From: Spirochaetia bacterium
GTDB taxonomy: Bacteria > Patescibacteriota > Microgenomatia > UBA1400 > MFAQ01
Direction of reading: 5' to 3'
Length of the DNA: 64,000 nucleotides
Assembly: GCA_035477615.1 (NCBI GenBank)
Contig: DATIKJ010000051.1
Coordinates: forward strand, 1,009 to 65,008
Below, in pieces: positions 59,928 through 64,000 of this stretch (its first letter is position 1; each line of letters opens with the position of its first letter). Made by a program: the position numbers and the translations under genes. Under the pieces are notes generated by a model, which saw nothing but the letters and a program-made list of their open reading frames with translations, made no database searches and was not told the DNA's origin.

Positions 59928-61268
59928 TTAGATATCTATCTCATTATGCAACATCGGTGTATCAATTTTCACCCCAGGGAATTCTTGTCTCACCTTCTCT
60001 GCCAACACTAACCTCGGCAACTCTTCTCCATGAGTCAAAATTACATGAGACAAACCCTCCATTTTTCCAAGCCACGTCAATATCTGTCCCTGATCGGCGT
60101 GTGAACTCATTGTCTTAATCTCTTTTATTCTTGCTTTAACTGTAATCAAATTTCCCCAAATATTTACTGTGTCTGCTCCGTCTTTAATCTGTCGACCCAT
60201 TGTTCCATCAGCTTGATATCCCACAAAAACTAACTGTGTTTTAGGATCCCCCAAAAATGAAATTACATGATGAAGTACTCTACCGCCAGTCATCATGCCA
60301 CTTCCCGCCACAATTATCTTTGTTCCCATCAAATTTTTTATCTGTCTACTTTTTTCAATCGTGTCACAAAGCACCAAACTTGGAAAATCAAAAGGATCGT
60401 CTGTTTTTGCTTGAGTCTGTAGTTTTCGGTTATATAACTCTGGAAAATCTCTAAAAATCTCCGTCGCTTTTATAGCCATTGGACTATCCAAAAATACTGG
60501 CGTTTCTGCAGCCATCTTTCCCTGTTTTTTTAACTGATCAAATATATACAAAATCTCTTGAGATCTTTGCAAAGAAAAGGAGGGAATAATTACAGTTCCT
60601 TTTTCAGCTTCAGCTTCAGCAACAATTGCCGCTAGTTCTTCTACTTCATCTCGACTCTCATGTATCTCATCACCATAAGTTGATTCGACTATTGCCACAT
60701 CTGCTTTTTTTACCCAATGGGTCGGTTCCAATAAAGGTTCTGGTGTGTTTCCCAAATCTCCACTAAATGAGATTAATTTTCCACTTTTAACATCACGGAT
60801 AAGTACCGAGGCTGATCCTAAAATGTGACCTGCATCCAAAAGAGTCACCTCAAACTCACCTACCATAAAGGGCTTGTCATACTCAACCAGTTGTGACTGT
60901 TTCATTATTTTTTCCACATCTTCATCAGTAAAAAGTACCCCCTTAAGCTCTTCTTCTTTCGCAATCTTAGCTGAGTCATAAAGAACCAATTCAGTTAAAG
61001 CCTTTGTCGCCTCTGTCATAAAAATCGGACCTCTGAAACCATATTTCAGTAGTAATGGCAACCTTCCACAGTGATCTAGATGAGCATGGGTCAAAACAAC
61101 AGCCGTTAATTTATCAAAATCAATATCTGGCTTTATAGTGTTCAACCCTGTCTCTTCCAATTTTCCTTGAAACATGCCGTAATCAATCATTACTCCCGTC
61201 TTCTCTCCCGTAAGAAAGTAACACGAACCAGTAACCATGGAAGCTGCCCCTAAAAACTTTATTTTCAC
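59928..61268 (-). CDS. MBL-fold beta-CASP ribonuclease
   Basis: THAHLDH, GHILGS, ESTYG, SGM..GGR, SSHAD, THGE. Confidence 0.92.
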   Translation of the reverse strand: MKIKFLGAASMVTGSCYFLTGEKTGVMIDYGMFQGKLEETGLNTIKPDIDFDKLTAVVLTHAHLDHCGRLPLLLKYGFRGPIFMTEATKALTELVLYDSAKIAKEEELKGVLFTDEDVEKIMKQSQLVEYDKPFMVGEFEVTLLDAGHILGSASVLIRDVKSGKLISFSGDLGNTPEPLLEPTHWVKKADVAIVESTYGDEIHESRDEVEELAAIVAEAEAEKGTVIIPSFSLQRSQEILYIFDQLKKQGKMAAETPVFLDSPMAIKATEIFRDFPELYNRKLQTQAKTDDPFDFPSLVLCDTIEKSRQIKNLMGTKIIVAGSGMMTGGRVLHHVISFLGDPKTQLVFVGYQADGTMGRQIKDGADTVNIWGNLITVKARIKEIKTMSSHADQGQILTWLGKMEGLSHVILTHGEELPRLVLAEKVRQEFPGVKIDTPMLHNEIDI

Positions 61269-61307
61269 TAATCCAGTTTATCAGACCTGCTTAATTGTTT
61301 TTTCAAA

Positions 61308-61462
61308 CTTAAGACCGTAGTCTACTCCCTTTTCGACAGGGTTACGTAAAGTGCGTATGGCATGGTGTTGCTATGTGCAACCATACGCACTGCGTATCAA
61401 GAAATTTTCTCGCAGGAGAAAATATTCTGGCTGACGACAAAGGGTGTAGACGGCAGGTCAAG
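61308..61462. repeat. Three-way-junction structured intergenic element (ncRNA or MITE candidate)
   Basis: GTCTAC/GTAGAC outer stem; AGTGCGTATGG(61350-61360)/CCATACGCACT(61381-61391); ATTTTCTC/GAGAAAAT. Confidence 0.6.
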
Positions 61463-61501
61463 TGAGAAAAAAAGTTATCCCACTTTTGCTAGAATAAATC
61501 C

Positions 61502-62257
61502 ATGACTTGCCCTCACTGTACCTCACCTCTATCATTTATATCTATCGACACAACCGATGGTCAAACACAAACTATCAACGAATGTCTCAACTGTGGTGGT
61601 CACTTTATTCCTCCATACATAGCAAACTTTCTCTCTGTCGAAACTGCCAAAAATATTGACTCGGTTCTTCCAAAATCAAAGATTGTTCCTGCCACTCACC
61701 CTGTTTGTCCTCAGTGTGGTCAAGTCATGTCTAGTATTAAAGATGATGCTGTTCCTGAAACTGTCACTGTCTTCACCTGTCCCAACAATCACGGTGATTT
61801 CTTTCCCAAAGGCCAGTTATTAAGTTTCAAAAAAGCTCAACAGGCAAAAATTTATTACCACAAACTCTGGGGTATTCCTCTAAAATCTGCCTTTGCTATC
61901 ATCATTCCTCTTATTATTGCCTTTACTGCCATCTCTGTTATTCCAACAATTATTAAGCAAATCGGTACATCCCAAGAATCTCGTGTTAAAGCGGGCGATA
62001 TTCTTACTGCTCCCCTCATCACCCCTGTCTCTAGTACCCAAGTTCTTATTTCTTTCTCCACCAAAAATCCTGTCATTGCTTCTATCCGCTTTACCGAAGG
62101 ACTAGACAAAACCTTTACTCTTTCTGAAACAGCTCAGACCAACCATCTCCTTAGTGTTGACAGTCTAACTTCAGGTACACTCTATAAATATGTTATTACT
62201 CTAAATATTAGTGGTAAAACCACAACCACCAACGAATATACTTTTGCTACTCCTTAA
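61502..62257 (+). CDS. Double zinc-ribbon protein with TM and FN3-like domain
   Basis: CPHC, CLNC, CPQC, CPNNH; one TM; H.L....L..GT.Y.Y. Confidence 0.75.
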   Translation: MTCPHCTSPLSFISIDTTDGQTQTINECLNCGGHFIPPYIANFLSVETAKNIDSVLPKSKIVPATHPVCPQCGQVMSSIKDDAVPETVTVFTCPNNHGDFFPKGQLLSFKKAQQAKIYYHKLWGIPLKSAFAIIIPLIIAFTAISVIPTIIKQIGTSQESRVKAGDILTAPLITPVSSTQVLISFSTKNPVIASIRFTEGLDKTFTLSETAQTNHLLSVDSLTSGTLYKYVITLNISGKTTTTNEYTFATP

Positions 62258-62263
62258 ACCAAG

Positions 62264-62290
62264 AAAAAGCCACCTGTCTCCAAGTGGCTT
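62264..62290 (-). terminator. Intrinsic terminator
   Basis: AAGCCAC..GTGGCTT hairpin with a T tract on minus. Confidence 0.7.
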
Positions 62291-62297
62291 AAAAATA

Positions 62298-62900
62298 TTA
62301 CTCTCCTCTTCCGCAAGCTAATGCTTGCTCTAAATCACTAAATTTCATTCCCTGACAGGTGGCGTTCCAGACTCTGGAGTTATTTATCAGATTCAAGCGG
62401 CTACTTTCGAAGCGAACTTCGTTTTGAAAAATTCCGCCTTTAACAGCAGACCAATCAACAGTATCCACAAAATTCTTTCCCCGATAGATATTGTTTACAC
62501 CACCATCAACTATGATGGTGTCCTCATCAATCACCGCCAAAGCGGCAACTTCTGTGGGGCCACCCACAAGATATTGATCACCCTGCCAAGGAGTAAAAAC
62601 CTCTACCGGCAGATTTAAAAGCGCCCATCCATTTTTGACGAATAAAACATTCGTGATATTGCCATGTTCTGCCACAAAAATGGCAAAACAAGTATTCATG
62701 TATGATGGCAGCTTCCCAGTCGCATCTGCTACAAGTTCGCTCAACGATGCAGCGTTATCATATACATCCGCTTCAAATCGCGGACACTTCGGAAGCCAAG
62801 CCGGAGTCGTTTTTGTTCCTCCATCATCAGCCGATACGGAGGAGAACATGCTCGCCATTAAAATGGCCACTAAAACCAGGACATAAACAACTTTTTTCAT
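62298..62900 (-). CDS. Secreted hypothetical protein
   Basis: GAGGAGG SD, signal peptide ending in VSA, four Cys. Confidence 0.75.
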   Translation of the reverse strand: MKKVVYVLVLVAILMASMFSSVSADDGGTKTTPAWLPKCPRFEADVYDNAASLSELVADATGKLPSYMNTCFAIFVAEHGNITNVLFVKNGWALLNLPVEVFTPWQGDQYLVGGPTEVAALAVIDEDTIIVDGGVNNIYRGKNFVDTVDWSAVKGGIFQNEVRFESSRLNLINNSRVWNATCQGMKFSDLEQALACGRGE

Positions 62901-62947
62901 TATCTCCTCCTCAGATTGAGAGTAATTTAAGGTTCACTTCGGGCTAT

Positions 62948-62976
62948 ATGATACCACGTTTAGCCTCAAATGTCAA
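62948..62976 (-). promoter_or_regulatory. Near-consensus sigma70 promoter
   Basis: TTGACA-17-TATCAT with TG extension. Confidence 0.8.
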
Positions 62977-63017
62977 GTTATAGGATGCCACTTCCTAATT
63001 ACAAGCTATAATTAGCT

Positions 63018-63761
63018 ATGCCCAAACGCATATTTAGCCCCTACGAGCTCAACCAGCTTCGCCAATGGATGCCCCATATCGATCCAGACTCCATCAGCAC
63101 TAATAAACCTGTTGAGTACCTTACTGGCCACACTGAGTTCTGCGGACTCGATTTCTTAGTTACCCACGACACTCTAATTCCCCGTCTCGAGTCTGAAGAA
63201 ATAGTCAATCTAGCCCTTCAATTTATTGATGATCATAATCTCAGCCACCCTGTAATTGCCGATATCGGTACTGGCTCTGGTTGTCTTGGTGTCTCACTTG
63301 CCGTCAAGCTCTCCAAACAACACTCTCCTTACTCCATCTTTCTCTCCGACATCTCTCCTCAAGCACTCAAAGTAGCCGATCTCAACACCCAAAAACTTCT
63401 TCACTCTCCCGAGAACATCTTTTTTATAGAGTCGAATCTTTTTGAAAATTTTCCCAATATCAAGTTTGATCTTATCCTTGCCAATCTTCCCTATATTCCT
63501 TCCCAAAACATCAAAGCTCTCGACTCTTCAGTCAAAGATTTCGAACCCAAAATGGCTTTAGATGGTGGTTCTAAAGGTAATCTTTTTATCAATGCCCTTC
63601 TTTCCAAACTTCCACAATTCCTCAATCGAGATGGTCAGGCCATACTTGAGATCAACGACACACACACCATAAATAGCTTTACCCTCCCAGCAGGAATCCA
63701 GCCAACTATACAAAAAGACTGTTTCAACAAATCCCGTTTTCTTGTATGTTCCTATTTATAG
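63018..63761 (+). CDS. prmC: Release factor glutamine methyltransferase
   Basis: PVEYL.G, TLIPR.E.E, DIGTGSG, NLPY, EP..ALDGG. Confidence 0.9.
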   Translation: MPKRIFSPYELNQLRQWMPHIDPDSISTNKPVEYLTGHTEFCGLDFLVTHDTLIPRLESEEIVNLALQFIDDHNLSHPVIADIGTGSGCLGVSLAVKLSKQHSPYSIFLSDISPQALKVADLNTQKLLHSPENIFFIESNLFENFPNIKFDLILANLPYIPSQNIKALDSSVKDFEPKMALDGGSKGNLFINALLSKLPQFLNRDGQAILEINDTHTINSFTLPAGIQPTIQKDCFNKSRFLVCSYL

Positions 63762-64000
63762 TTGCTTTTAATCTGGAAAAGGATATACATCGAAATTCCT
63801 GTTCCAATTACTAAATTCCCTAGATCAAATGTTATTAAACTGTACAGAGCCATCACCAGCCCAGAATAAAACACTAGTCTCCATGAAGATAACTGCCTTT
63901 TAAAAAGTCCCGGTAATGCCAATACTAAAAGCACTATGCTGGCAAATGAAATCCAAGAAGCCAAGCCATATCCATAAACATACCCATATCTATAATAAGC
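63752..64000 (-). CDS. Membrane protein, 3' part (runs off the window)
   Basis: Frame stays open to 64000; hydrophobic helices. Confidence 0.6.
   Translation of the reverse strand, partial: AYYRYGYVYGYGLASWISFASIVLLVLALPGLFKRQLSSWRLVFYSGLVMALYSLITFDLGNLVIGTGISMYILFQIKSNYK

Overview
64 kb of compact, AT-rich chromosome that looks like a Patescibacteria/CPR genome, probably Microgenomates. This is an inference from gene content: archaeal-type ATP-dependent ligase, stand-alone 5'-3' exonuclease, VirB4-like ATPase, split transketolase, class II RNR and tRNA-Ile(UAU). Standard code 11; most genes are on the minus strand. Contents: thrS, lysS, argS and trpS; a RelE-type toxin-antitoxin pair; csoR-like/trxA/trxB; DNA repair genes; ftsH; three tRNAs; a degenerate tyrosine recombinase; nrdR-nrdJ plus a cobalamin adenosyltransferase; a PBP-GH18-PBP cluster; pentose phosphate genes; an ECF sigma module; and an Rrf2-led suf operon. 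The main novelty is non-coding. Two T-box riboswitches (thrS, argS) have an ultra-short Stem I that displays the cognate codon (ACC, CGC) at the centre of a 7-nt apical loop shaped like an anticodon loop. Both appear coupled to transcription terminators, and the thrS leader seems to switch Stem III against the terminator. Also seen: pervasive leaderless gene starts, a highly aberrant initiator tRNA, tRNA-Ile(UAU), a gene broken by a palindrome-perfecting TAG, several readable operators and three unexplained structured intergenic elements. All structures were folded by eye; no searches were run.
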